From: Gammaproteobacteria bacterium
GTDB lineage: Bacteria > Pseudomonadota > Gammaproteobacteria > Steroidobacterales > Steroidobacteraceae
Length of the DNA: 44,095 nucleotides
Assembly: GCA_031403675.1 (NCBI GenBank)
Contig: JANNTO010000066.1
Span: 1-44,095, forward strand
Reading direction: 5' to 3'
Below, in pieces: positions 9,424-19,908 of this stretch. How positions within the stretch are numbered: the stretch's first letter is position 1; every line of letters begins with the position of its first letter. Both the position numbers and the translations under genes were made by a program. The notes beneath the pieces were generated by a model, which saw only the letters and a program-made list of their open reading frames with translations, did no database searches and was not told the origin of the DNA.

Positions 9424-10781
9424 CTTCGCCGAGAATACTCGTCGTTGACGATGAAGCCGATATTCGCCGGCTGCTCTCGGAAATCCTCGTGGAGGAGGGT
9501 TTCGAGGTGGAGATGGCAGCCGACGCCGCCGCCGCGAAGCGCGCCTGCGCGCGGCAGGAACCTGACCTCGTGCTGCTCGACATCTGGATGCCCGACATGG
9601 ATGGCATCACGCTGTTGCGCGAATGGTCCGAGAAGCATTCGTTGCGCTGCCCGGTCGTGATGCTGTCTGGTCACGGCACCGTCGAAACCGCGGTCGAGGC
9701 GACCCGGCTTGGCGCATTCGATTTCGTCGAGAAGCCTTTGTCGATTGCCAAGCTCCTGCGCACCGTCGAGCGCGCACTCGAGGCGGGGCGCAGACGCCGG
9801 CAGGCGCAGCGCACACTGATTCCGCCGCTGGTCGCGCCGGTCGGCAAGAGCCGGCTGATGCAGAAGCTGCGCGAACAGGTGCAACAAGTAGCGGGGCATG
9901 ATGCCCCCGTCCTTCTGGTCGGCGAGGCTGGCACCGGGCGCGAGGCATTTGCGCGCTATATGCACATGATGGGGCCACGTGCGACGGGCCCGTTCGTGGC
10001 AGTGACCTGTGCAAGTCTTGACGATGCAACCGCCGCTCTGAAACTGCGCGGCAGCGTCACGGAAGGCAAGGTCCAGAGCGGTTACTACGAGCAGGCTGGC
10101 GGTGGCACGCTGTTTCTGGGCGGCATCGAGGATTTGTCAGCGGCGGCGCAACGGCTGCTGCTGGCCGATCTGGAGCAGGGCGGCTGGCAGCGCGAAGGCA
10201 GTGGCGGCGAGCGTACGCCATTCAACCTGCGCATCGTCGCGGGCGCCGGACCCGGCCACGAAAACGCAGCGATTGGCCTGCGTCGCGATCTGCTCGCGCA
10301 TCTCGAAGTCATCTCGATCCGGATTCCGCCGCTGCGCGAATACACCGAAGACGTTTCCGATCTGCTACGCCACTACGTGGACCGGCTGGTGGACGAAGAG
10401 GGCATGCCGTTCCGTCGTTTCTCGGTCGCGGCGCAGAATCGCCTGCGCAACTATCCGTGGCCGGGCAATGTGCGCGAACTGCGCAACCTCGTGCAACGCC
10501 TGCTGATCATCGGCGGGCCCGAGGAGATCGGGCTCGCCGAGATCGAGCAGCAGCTGGTAACGCAACAAGCGCCGGATGAGCCACTGGTCAAGCAGGATCT
10601 GCTGGCTTTGCCGCTGCGCGAAGCGCGCGAACAGTTCGAACGCGCCTACCTGTTGCAGCAGTTGATGCTTTGCAATGGCAAGGTGGGGCTGCTCGCCAAG
10701 CGCGTCGGCATGGAACGTACCCATTTGTACCGCAAGCTGCGCTCGCTCGGCGTCGATTTCCGCCAGATCACCGAAGACTAA
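9420..10781 (+). CDS. NtrX-like response regulator (REC + degenerate sigma54-type AAA+ + Fis HTH)
   Basis: REC domain (ILVVDDE, LVLLDIWMPDMDG, KP). The central domain keeps PPLREYTEDV and WPGNVRELRN, but Walker A is GEAGTGRE, Walker B is LFLGGIEDL and there is no GAFTGA. C-terminal HTH (GLLAKRVGMERTHLYRKL). The start overlaps the kinase stop. Confidence 0.85.
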   Translation: MTSPRILVVDDEADIRRLLSEILVEEGFEVEMAADAAAAKRACARQEPDLVLLDIWMPDMDGITLLREWSEKHSLRCPVVMLSGHGTVETAVEATRLGAFDFVEKPLSIAKLLRTVERALEAGRRRRQAQRTLIPPLVAPVGKSRLMQKLREQVQQVAGHDAPVLLVGEAGTGREAFARYMHMMGPRATGPFVAVTCASLDDATAALKLRGSVTEGKVQSGYYEQAGGGTLFLGGIEDLSAAAQRLLLADLEQGGWQREGSGGERTPFNLRIVAGAGPGHENAAIGLRRDLLAHLEVISIRIPPLREYTEDVSDLLRHYVDRLVDEEGMPFRRFSVAAQNRLRNYPWPGNVRELRNLVQRLLIIGGPEEIGLAEIEQQLVTQQAPDEPLVKQDLLALPLREAREQFERAYLLQQLMLCNGKVGLLAKRVGMERTHLYRKLRSLGVDFRQITED

Positions 10782-10853
10782 AAGGGGACTGTCCCCTTTT
10801 TCCGCAGGGAAAAGGCGGACTGTCCCCTCTGCAATGGGATGCGTCCCCTTCTA
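10779..10853. repeat. Nested-palindrome intergenic element, subtype A (fills the whole ntrX-like/SPOR convergent spacer)
   Basis: TA-AAA-GGGGACTGTCCCC-TTTTTCC-gca-GGGAAAAGG-CGGACTGTCCCC ... GGGATGCGTCCCC-TTC-TA. The terminal TA dinucleotides belong to the TAA (10779-81) and TAG (10851-53, minus strand) stop codons. Confidence 0.85.
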
Positions 10854-11399
10854 GTCGACAACTTTGATGACGAGCACGTCCATTTCGGCCTCGCGCAGCC
10901 GCTCGCGCACGCGGTTGAGTTCCTTGAGGTCCGTGATTGGGCCGACGCGCACGCGGTGCCTGGTGTCGTTGTCGATAGAGACACGTTGTACCTTCGAAAC
11001 GATGCCCTGCAGCGCAAGCTGGGCCCGCACGCGGTCGGCGTCCTCGAATTTCCCGTACGAACCGACCTGTAGCACATAGGAACCTGCGCGTTCTACCGGC
11101 GCGGCCGGCGCAGTCGGCGCGTCACGCCGCACCACCGCCTCGCTCTCCGGCACGATGACCTCTGAATTTTTCAGCATGGCCGGGTAGTCGTACTCTTCCG
11201 CCGGCCCGGCGCCGGTGGGTTCGTGAATCGAAGCCGGTTGCGCATCCAGCGCCTCGCCCGCGGCTGGCGGCGTGCGGGGATCGAAGATATAGAGCGCAAG
11301 CCCGACCCCGAGGCCGGTAACCAGGCCGATGAACAGGCCGGTCCAGCCGGAGAACGGCTCGCGCCGCACCTTGCTCCGTTTGTAGTCGCGTGACACCAC
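10851..11399 (-). CDS. SPOR domain protein (septal peptidoglycan binding)
   Basis: N-terminal TM segment (GWTGLFIGLVTGLGVGLALYIF) and a C-terminal SPOR domain (YVLQVGSYGKFEDADRVRAQLALQG...HRVRVGP). The GTG start overlaps the argS TAG by 1 nt. Confidence 0.8.
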   Translation of the reverse strand: MVSRDYKRSKVRREPFSGWTGLFIGLVTGLGVGLALYIFDPRTPPAAGEALDAQPASIHEPTGAGPAEEYDYPAMLKNSEVIVPESEAVVRRDAPTAPAAPVERAGSYVLQVGSYGKFEDADRVRAQLALQGIVSKVQRVSIDNDTRHRVRVGPITDLKELNRVRERLREAEMDVLVIKVVD

Positions 11400-13165
11400 T
11401 ACATTGCCTCCGGCGCCGAAACGCCAAGCAGCCTGAGTGCATTCTGCAACACCTGCTGGGCCGAGGCGATCAGCGCGAGCCTTGCATTCCGCAGCTTCGC
11501 GTCATCGACGATGAAGGGCAGCGACGCATAGCAGGCATGAAACGAAGCCGCGAGTTCGCGCAGGTAGTGCACCACCATGTGCGGCGCCCGCAGTTCTGCC
11601 GACTGGTGCACGATCTCCGGCCAGCGCGAGATCTCGCGCATCAGCGCCAGTTCCGGTTCGCCGTCCAGCAGCGCGAGTTCGGCAAGACCGGTCGCGCGAT
11701 CGAATGGCAGGCCACGTTCGGCGGCCTGCTTCAGTACGCTTGCGATGCGCGCGTGCGCGTACTGGATGTAATACACCGGGTTGTCATTGCTGCGCGACTT
11801 CGCAAGCTCGAGGTCGAAGTCGAGGTGCTGGTCGTTCGAGCGCATCACATAGAAGAGTCGCGCTGCGTCATTGCCAACCTCGGCGCGCAGCGCCCGGAGC
11901 GTAACGAACTCGCCGGAGCGCGTGGACATCTGCACTTTCTCGCCGCCACGAAACAACGCTACGAACTGGATCAGCCGCACGTCGAGGCAGTCGCCGGGCT
12001 CGCCCATCGCGATCAGCCCGGCGCGCACCCGCGCGATGTAGCCGTGATGATCGGCGCCGAGGATCGTTACCAGCAGTTCGAAACCACGCTCGCGCTTCTC
12101 CAGGTGATAGGCGATATCGGACGCGAAGTAGGTCTTCTGCCCGTTGGCGCGCACCACGACGCGGTCCTTCTCATCGCCGAATCCGGTCGCGCGCAGCCAC
12201 AATGCGCCCGCCTGCTGGTAGACATGGTCGTGCTCGCGCAGCCGCTGGATGGCACGGGCGATCGGGCCGCCATCGGTACCGTCGCCGAGATCGCGTTCCG
12301 AGTACCAGCGGTCGAAGCGCACGCCGAAGCCATCGAGGTCAGCGCGGATGTCGGCCAGGATCTCGTTGAGTCCGGCATCGAACACGGTCTGGAAAGCAGT
12401 CGGGCCCAGCAGCTCTTTCGCGCGTGCGATCAGCGCGTCGATATAGAGATCCTTGTCGCCGCCCTCCGGTTCGTCGGGCGGCAGGCCCGCGAACACGGCG
12501 GCGCCGGAACTGCGCAGCGTGTCGCCGTGCCGGCCATGCAATGCGGCCGAAATCGGGCGGAGGTAATCACCGCGATAGGCGTTGGCCGGAAAACGGATGC
12601 TCTCACCGCAGATCTCGAGATAACGCAGCCACACGCTGGCCGCAAGAATGTCCATTTGCCGGCCTGCGTCGTTCACGTAGTACTCGCGATACACCTGCCA
12701 GCCGTCGGTCTCGAGCAGGTTCGCGACGGTCGCGCCGTAGGCCGCATGCCGGCCGTGACCGACATGCAATGGTCCGGTGGGATTGGCCGAGACGAACTCG
12801 ACGATCGCCTTACGGCCGCCACCAGCATTGCCGCGGCCATAGCTCGCGGCCGCCGAGTGTACCCGCGCGATCTCCGCCTGCCAGGCTGCCGGCGTCATGA
12901 AGAAATTGATGAACCCGGGTCCCGCGATCTCGGTTTTCACGATCAGTTCGTTCGCCGGCAGGGCCTTGATGATCGCCGTCGCGAGCGCGCGCGGATTGGT
13001 GCGCGCGGCCTTGGCGAGACGCATCGCGATGCTGCACGCAAAATCGCCGTGCGTCAGGTCGCGGCTGCGTTCGACCTCCGGTACCGGCGGCGCAACATCG
13101 CCAAGCGTCCCCGGCGGCAACGCCGCGAGCGCCTGCGTCACGAGCTTTTCGATCAGGTTCTTCAA
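11399..13165 (-). CDS. argS: Arginine--tRNA ligase
   Basis: HIGH-type motif (ANPTGPLHVGHGRH), the MSTRSG region and a DALR anticodon-binding C-terminus. Start set at TTG 13165 (MKNLIEKLVTQAL, a typical ArgS N-terminus). The longer ORF to 13246 runs into priA. Confidence 0.92.
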   Translation of the reverse strand: MKNLIEKLVTQALAALPPGTLGDVAPPVPEVERSRDLTHGDFACSIAMRLAKAARTNPRALATAIIKALPANELIVKTEIAGPGFINFFMTPAAWQAEIARVHSAAASYGRGNAGGGRKAIVEFVSANPTGPLHVGHGRHAAYGATVANLLETDGWQVYREYYVNDAGRQMDILAASVWLRYLEICGESIRFPANAYRGDYLRPISAALHGRHGDTLRSSGAAVFAGLPPDEPEGGDKDLYIDALIARAKELLGPTAFQTVFDAGLNEILADIRADLDGFGVRFDRWYSERDLGDGTDGGPIARAIQRLREHDHVYQQAGALWLRATGFGDEKDRVVVRANGQKTYFASDIAYHLEKRERGFELLVTILGADHHGYIARVRAGLIAMGEPGDCLDVRLIQFVALFRGGEKVQMSTRSGEFVTLRALRAEVGNDAARLFYVMRSNDQHLDFDLELAKSRSNDNPVYYIQYAHARIASVLKQAAERGLPFDRATGLAELALLDGEPELALMREISRWPEIVHQSAELRAPHMVVHYLRELAASFHACYASLPFIVDDAKLRNARLALIASAQQVLQNALRLLGVSAPEAM

Positions 13166-13178
13166 GTTCGCAATTCTA

Positions 13179-15365
<2,187 letters not shown>

Positions 15366-15469
15366 AACGTGTTCTTAATCAACTAGTTACGCAAATGTTC
15401 CGGGTGGCGTCAACGCCCCTCCCGCGGTCCACGTTATAGCACCGTGGCGAGGCTTCGAGTCGCACGCTG

Positions 15470-16093
15470 ATGCCGGAGGAGCCATTGATCCGATCTGCTA
15501 CGCTTTCGCTGCCCCTGTCGCTTGGCGGTGGGCGCGTCACAGCGCGGGAGACCTTGGTGGACCAGGAGCGGGCACTCGATCGATTCCTGGCCGGGATTGA
15601 GCGCAGGGCGTTGCGCATCGCGCGCATCGCGCTGCGCGATCATGCGGAGGCACAAGATGCCGTGCAGGACGCGATGATTCGCCTGGTGCGTAGTTATGGA
15701 CAGCGTCCGGAAGCAGAGTGGCGGCCACTCTTCTACCGGATCCTGCGGAACCGCATCACCGACAGCCAGCGACGGCAGAAAGTTCGTGGCGCTGTGATGG
15801 CCTGGTGGCCCGCGCGCGATGCGGACCAGACCGCGCTGGATCCGATTGAGTCGGCAGTCGATCCTGCTGGCAGCCCGGATCAGCAGCTGGAGGGCGCCGA
15901 ATTGCTCGAGCGCATCGAAACGGCGCTCGCCGGATTGAGCAGCCGCCAGCGCGAGGCTTTCCTGCTCAGGAATTTCGAAGGACTGGATGTCGCGCAGACG
16001 GCGGTGGCGATGGGTTGTTCGGAAGGCAGTGTCAAGACGCATTACTTCCGCGCGCTGCAGGCGCTGCAACAGGTATTGGGGGAACTGAAATGA
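15470..16093 (+). CDS. ECF-type RNA polymerase sigma factor
   Basis: Region 2 (DAVQDAMIRLV...FYRILRNRITD) and region 4 HTH (QREAFLLRNFEGLDVAQTAVAMGCSEGSVKTHYFRALQAL). The stop overlaps the next ATG (ATGA at 16090-93). Confidence 0.88.
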   Translation: MPEEPLIRSATLSLPLSLGGGRVTARETLVDQERALDRFLAGIERRALRIARIALRDHAEAQDAVQDAMIRLVRSYGQRPEAEWRPLFYRILRNRITDSQRRQKVRGAVMAWWPARDADQTALDPIESAVDPAGSPDQQLEGAELLERIETALAGLSSRQREAFLLRNFEGLDVAQTAVAMGCSEGSVKTHYFRALQALQQVLGELK

Positions 16094-16458
16094 CCGACGA
16101 ACGCATGCGGGAACTGGAACTGAAGAGCCGCGCGGCATTTGACGAGAGCGTCGCATCGCTCGATGCGGCGACGCGCTCGCGGCTCGCCCGTGCGCGGGCG
16201 CAAGCGCTCGAGGAATTGCGGCAGCGGCGCATGTCCTGGTCTTCGAACTGGGTGCCGGTGGGTGCCGCTGCGGCGGCGGCGCTGGTGGCCGTACTGCTGT
16301 GGCAGGGCGACGAGAGCGGCCAGCCGGCGAGCGAGCCCGCGCTCGCGGCGCTTGAGGACCTCGACATAGTCGCTGGCGGCGAGGATCTCGACATGTTTGA
16401 GGCGGACGACGGTTTCTATGCCTGGGCGGCCGATGAAGTGTCGGACGGCATGGGTTGA
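16090..16458 (+). CDS. DUF3619-like single-pass membrane protein (putative anti-sigma factor)
   Basis: 122 aa. N-terminus ELKSRAAFDESVASLDAATRSRLARARAQAL, one TM helix (VPVGAAAAAALVAVLLW) and an acidic C-terminal tail. Translationally coupled to the ECF sigma gene. Confidence 0.65.
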   Translation: MTDERMRELELKSRAAFDESVASLDAATRSRLARARAQALEELRQRRMSWSSNWVPVGAAAAAALVAVLLWQGDESGQPASEPALAALEDLDIVAGGEDLDMFEADDGFYAWAADEVSDGMG

Positions 16459-16461
16459 CAG

Positions 16462-16677
16462 GTGGGTCGCAGGAGTTTCATGGCGGCCTGTCTTCTCGCC
16501 TGGCCGGCGGTGGCTGCAGATGCGCCCGTGGTGCCGCTGGACCCGGAGTTCCTGGAGTTCCTGGGAGAAATGACCGACGAAGATGCGGAATTCGTCGAAT
16601 ACATGGAATCGGGCAAGGGCGAACGCGACTTGAAGCGCGCCGAGAAAGAGGCTTCGAAGGAAGACGACGATGAATAA
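16462..16677 (+). CDS. Small secreted acidic protein (hypothetical)
   Basis: 71-aa ORF with a GTG start (ATG alternative at 16480). Short signal-like N-terminus (MAACLLAWPAVAADA), then an extremely acidic sequence. Sits 4 nt after the previous stop and overlaps the next gene by 8 nt. No family recognised. Confidence 0.45.
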   Translation: MGRRSFMAACLLAWPAVAADAPVVPLDPEFLEFLGEMTDEDAEFVEYMESGKGERDLKRAEKEASKEDDDE

Positions 16678-17191
16678 GCTGGCATGGATTCTGGTGGCAT
16701 GGCTCGCATTCGGCACCGCGTCGGCGGTGGCTGAAGAGCAGGGTCAGGAACAGGAACAGTTGTCCGGCATGGCCTGGGAAGAACTCGACGAATCGCAGCA
16801 GGAGCTGCTCGCCGGCCAGAAGGACAACTGGAATTCGTTGCCGCCCAACCGTCAGCACGCGATGGCCGAGGGTGCCGAACGCTGGCTGTCGATGGACTCC
16901 GAACAGCGCGCGACCGCACAGGATCGCTGGAAGAAATGGCGCAAGCTCTCGCCGGAACAGCGCAAGCGCCTGCGCGAACGTTGGCGGCAGTTCCATGAAC
17001 TGACGCCGGAACAAAAAGAAGCGCTGCGCGAAAACTATCGCCGCTTCCAGTCCCTGTCCGAGGAACAACGCGCACACCTGCGGGATCGCTGGAACCGGAT
17101 GACGCCGGCAGAGCGCCAGCGCGCGATCCAGCGTCGCCAGCAACACCCACGGCCCGCGCCGCCGCCGTCGAACCGCCGACCCCCGGGTTGA
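16670..17191 (+). CDS. DUF3106 domain protein with seven 18-residue repeats
   Basis: Signal peptide (WILVAWLAFGTASAVA). Repeated W/F-x2-L-[ST]-x-E-Q-R units (LSPEQRKRLRERW, LTPEQKEALRENY, LSEEQRAHLRDRW). This is the usual partner of ECF sigma/DUF3619 operons. Confidence 0.75.
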   Translation: MNKLAWILVAWLAFGTASAVAEEQGQEQEQLSGMAWEELDESQQELLAGQKDNWNSLPPNRQHAMAEGAERWLSMDSEQRATAQDRWKKWRKLSPEQRKRLRERWRQFHELTPEQKEALRENYRRFQSLSEEQRAHLRDRWNRMTPAERQRAIQRRQQHPRPAPPPSNRRPPG

Positions 17192-17266
17192 AGCCGCGAC
17201 ACTCGCATCCGGCCCGGCTCCGTGGGAGGATGATCCGCTGTCATCCATCCCATTCCGGGGGTCGCG

Positions 17267-17461
17267 ATGCCGAACACGAAACTGAAGCGTTCCAATGACC
17301 GGATGATCGCCGGTGTCTGCGGCGGTCTCGCCGAATGGCTCGGCTGGAAAGCCGACCGGGTCCGCGTCGCCTACGTCATCCTCTCGATCCTGAGCGTCGC
17401 GTTTCCCGGCATCATCGTTTACCTGCTGCTGTGGCTGCTGATGCCCGACGCCGACACATGA
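17267..17461 (+). CDS. PspC domain-containing membrane protein
   Basis: 64 aa with LKRSNDRMIAGVCGGLAEWLGWKADRVRVAYVILSIL plus a TM helix, the typical PspC N-terminal domain. Confidence 0.85.
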   Translation: MPNTKLKRSNDRMIAGVCGGLAEWLGWKADRVRVAYVILSILSVAFPGIIVYLLLWLLMPDADT

Positions 17462-17497
17462 AGGGGACTGTCCCCTTTTAGGGGACTGTCCCCTCTT
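17461..17497. repeat. Nested-palindrome element, subtype A (two tandem GGGGACTGTCCCC cores)
   Basis: AAGGGGACTGTCCCCTTTTA-GGGGACTGTCCCCTCTT. It begins on the last base of the PspC-domain gene's TGA stop and ends 6 nt (the second core 10 nt) before the next gene's ATG (17504). Confidence 0.8.
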
Positions 17498-17503
17498 CAC
17501 ACC

Positions 17504-18367
17504 ATGGACCGCAAGTTCGTCCAGCTCTACGACGAATTCACGCACGGCACGATGCCGCGCCGTGAATTCCTGCGCCGCCTCGCGCGCATTGCCGGCGGTG
17601 CCGCGGCCGCCGCCGCGTCGTTGCCGCTGCTCGAGAGCCGCTACGCCAGCGCGGCGACCGTCGCGCCGAACGATCCGTCGATCATGGCTGGCCGCGAGCG
17701 CTTCGACGGCCCGGCTGGCTCGGTAAATGCCTATGTCGCATGGCCGACGAAAGTGCCCGGACGGCGTGGCGCCGTGGTCGTCATCCACGAGAACCGCGGG
17801 CTCAATGCGCACATCGAGGACGTTGCGCGCCGTCTGGCAAAAGCCGGGTTCGCGGTCGTCGCGCCGGATGCGCTTTCGGGTACCGGCGGCACGCCGGCGA
17901 ACGAGGACGAGGCGCGAAAACTGATCGGCGAACTCGACCGCGAGACTGCGCTCGGCATCTATCTCGCCGCCGTGCGTCACGCGGCAGCCCATCCGCATGG
18001 CCAGGGCAAGGTCGGCTGCGTCGGGTTCTGCTGGGGCGGCGGCATGGCCGGACGGCTTGCTGCGAACTCGAAAGAACTGAATGCAGCGGTCGTTTTCTAC
18101 GGCATGCCGCCGGCGGCGGACGAAGCCGCGCGCGTGCGCGTGCCTCTGCTGCTGAACTACGCCGGCCGCGACGAGCGCATCAATGCCGCCGTGCCGGCTT
18201 TCGAACAAGCACTGAAAGCCGCTGTTGCCCGCTTCGAACTTCACACCTACCCCGACGTCGACCACGCCTTCCACAACGACACCAACGCTGCCCGCTATAA
18301 CGCTGCGGCCGCCGAACTGGCATGGAAACGCACGGTGGAATTCCTCACGCGCGAACTCGATGGCTGA
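17504..18367 (+). CDS. Dienelactone hydrolase family protein (Tat-signal)
   Basis: Twin-arginine-like leader (PRREFLRRLARIAGGAAAAAASLPLL) and a DLH fold (VVVIHENRGLNAHIEDVARRLA, GCVGFCWGGG, DHAFHND). Confidence 0.85.
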   Translation: MDRKFVQLYDEFTHGTMPRREFLRRLARIAGGAAAAAASLPLLESRYASAATVAPNDPSIMAGRERFDGPAGSVNAYVAWPTKVPGRRGAVVVIHENRGLNAHIEDVARRLAKAGFAVVAPDALSGTGGTPANEDEARKLIGELDRETALGIYLAAVRHAAAHPHGQGKVGCVGFCWGGGMAGRLAANSKELNAAVVFYGMPPAADEAARVRVPLLLNYAGRDERINAAVPAFEQALKAAVARFELHTYPDVDHAFHNDTNAARYNAAAAELAWKRTVEFLTRELDG

Positions 18368-18483
18368 ACTCGTTCGATTCGCGCGCGCCGTTGGCGCGCC
18401 GGGCTGGCTCGCGCGCTCAGAAGAACGGACATTCGCTTGCTCGCCCGCCGGGCCGTTGCGGGCGGCGGCGTGTGACTGGCGCG

Positions 18484-19908
18484 CTAACCGGCCGCTTTGA
18501 CAGCGTGAATGAGCTCGCCCGCGACTTTCTGCGCATCGCCGTACACCATGCGCGTGTTGTCGAGATAGAACAGGTGATTCTCGATGCCCGAGAACCCGGC
18601 GCCCTGACCGCGCTTGATGACCAGCACATTCTTCGCCTTGTCGGCATTCAGGATCGGCATGCCGTAGATCGGGCTGCCCTTGTCGGTGCGCGCGACCGGG
18701 TTGACCACGTCATTCGCGCCGATCACGAGCGCAACGTCCGCGGTCTCGAACTCGGCGTTGATCTCGTCGAGATCCGCGATCAGGTCGTAAGGAACGCCGG
18801 CCTCGGCCAGCAACACATTCATATGGCCCGGCATGCGCCCCGCGACCGGGTGGATCGCGAAGCGCACCTGCACGCCCTTGTCGATCAGCAGTTGGCACAG
18901 CTCCCAGACCTTGTGCTGCGCCTGTGCGACCGCCATGCCGTAGCCCGGGATCACGATCACCTTCTGCGCGAAAGCCATCATCACGCCCGCGTCCGACGCC
19001 TCGATCGGCTTGAGTGCGCCGCTCACGCCTTCGGCGGCGGCGGCTTCGCCTTCGCCGAAGCCCGAGAACAGCACGTTGCCGAGCGAGCGGTTCATCGCTT
19101 TTGCCATCAGCTGCGTCAGCAGCGTGCCGGCGGAACCCACCACGATGCCCGCGATGATCATCGCGGCGTTCTCGAGCACGAAGCCCTCGAACGCGACCGC
19201 AAGGCCGGTGAAGGCGTTGTACAGCGAAATCACGACCGGCATGTCGGCGCCGCCGATCGGCAGTGTCATTGTCACGCCGAGCAGGAGTGCGAGCCCGAAG
19301 AACAGGATCACCATCTGCATGGTCGGGTGATCGGTGATGACGAGCGAGGCGCCGAGCGCGAGCGTTGCCGCGACGATCGCGAGGTTGAATGCCTGCTGGC
19401 CCTTGAAGCGCAGGCTGCGCTTGATCAGGCCCTGCAGCTTGCCGAAGGCGATCAGCGAACCGGAGAAGCTGACCGCGCCGATGAAAGCACCGGCCGCGGC
19501 CAGCGCAGTCACGACCGGACCATGTTCTGCCACCGCGCCTGGGTCCGCGGACGCCATGCGCAGCAGTTCGACCGCGGCGATCGCCGCCGCCGCGCCACCG
19601 CCCATGCCGTTGTAGAGCGCGATCATCTGCGGCATATCGGTCATCGCGACGATGCGCCCGGACCACCAGGCGAGCCCGCCCCCGATCGCGATCGCGGCCA
19701 GCATCAGCGCGAAATTCCCCATGCCGGGATAGAGAAAGCTCATTACCGTGCCGATCAGCATGCCGAAGCCCGCGACGACGATGCCGCGCCGCGCCGTGAC
19801 CGGCGAACTCATGGCCTTGAGGCCCATGATGAAAAGGAATGCCACCAGCAGGTAGCTGAAGTCGATCGCAAGCGTCGCGACGCGGTCGGGGAGCAGGCCC
19901 TGCATCAC
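18484..19908 (-). CDS. pntB: NAD(P) transhydrogenase subunit beta
   Basis: 474 aa. N-terminal membrane domain plus the dIII NADP(H) domain (VIVIPGYGMAVAQAQH, FAIHPVAGRMPGHMNVLLAEA, IGANDVVNP). Confidence 0.95.
   Translation of the reverse strand: MMQGLLPDRVATLAIDFSYLLVAFLFIMGLKAMSSPVTARRGIVVAGFGMLIGTVMSFLYPGMGNFALMLAAIAIGGGLAWWSGRIVAMTDMPQMIALYNGMGGGAAAAIAAVELLRMASADPGAVAEHGPVVTALAAAGAFIGAVSFSGSLIAFGKLQGLIKRSLRFKGQQAFNLAIVAATLALGASLVITDHPTMQMVILFFGLALLLGVTMTLPIGGADMPVVISLYNAFTGLAVAFEGFVLENAAMIIAGIVVGSAGTLLTQLMAKAMNRSLGNVLFSGFGEGEAAAAEGVSGALKPIEASDAGVMMAFAQKVIVIPGYGMAVAQAQHKVWELCQLLIDKGVQVRFAIHPVAGRMPGHMNVLLAEAGVPYDLIADLDEINAEFETADVALVIGANDVVNPVARTDKGSPIYGMPILNADKAKNVLVIKRGQGAGFSGIENHLFYLDNTRMVYGDAQKVAGELIHAVKAAG

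Noticed and set aside
15366-15469. Possible ECF-type autoregulated promoter and the AACTAGTT palindrome upstream of the sigma gene
   Set aside because: I could not find a convincing GGAAC-N16-17-CGT-like pair or a sigma70 -35/-10 with proper spacing. An 8-bp palindrome alone is not evidence.
16478-18274. 598-aa minus-strand ORF
   Set aside because: Antisense to the DUF3106, PspC-domain and dienelactone hydrolase genes, and it reads through a repeat element. No motifs; shadow ORF.
18368-18483. GC-rich hairpins (GCGCGCC-gtt-GGCGCGC; CGCCCGC-9 nt-GCGGGCG) between the hydrolase and pntB
   Set aside because: They may help terminate the convergent transcripts. They lack U-tracts and are of a kind that arises frequently in GC-rich spacers, so this is not enough to call terminators.
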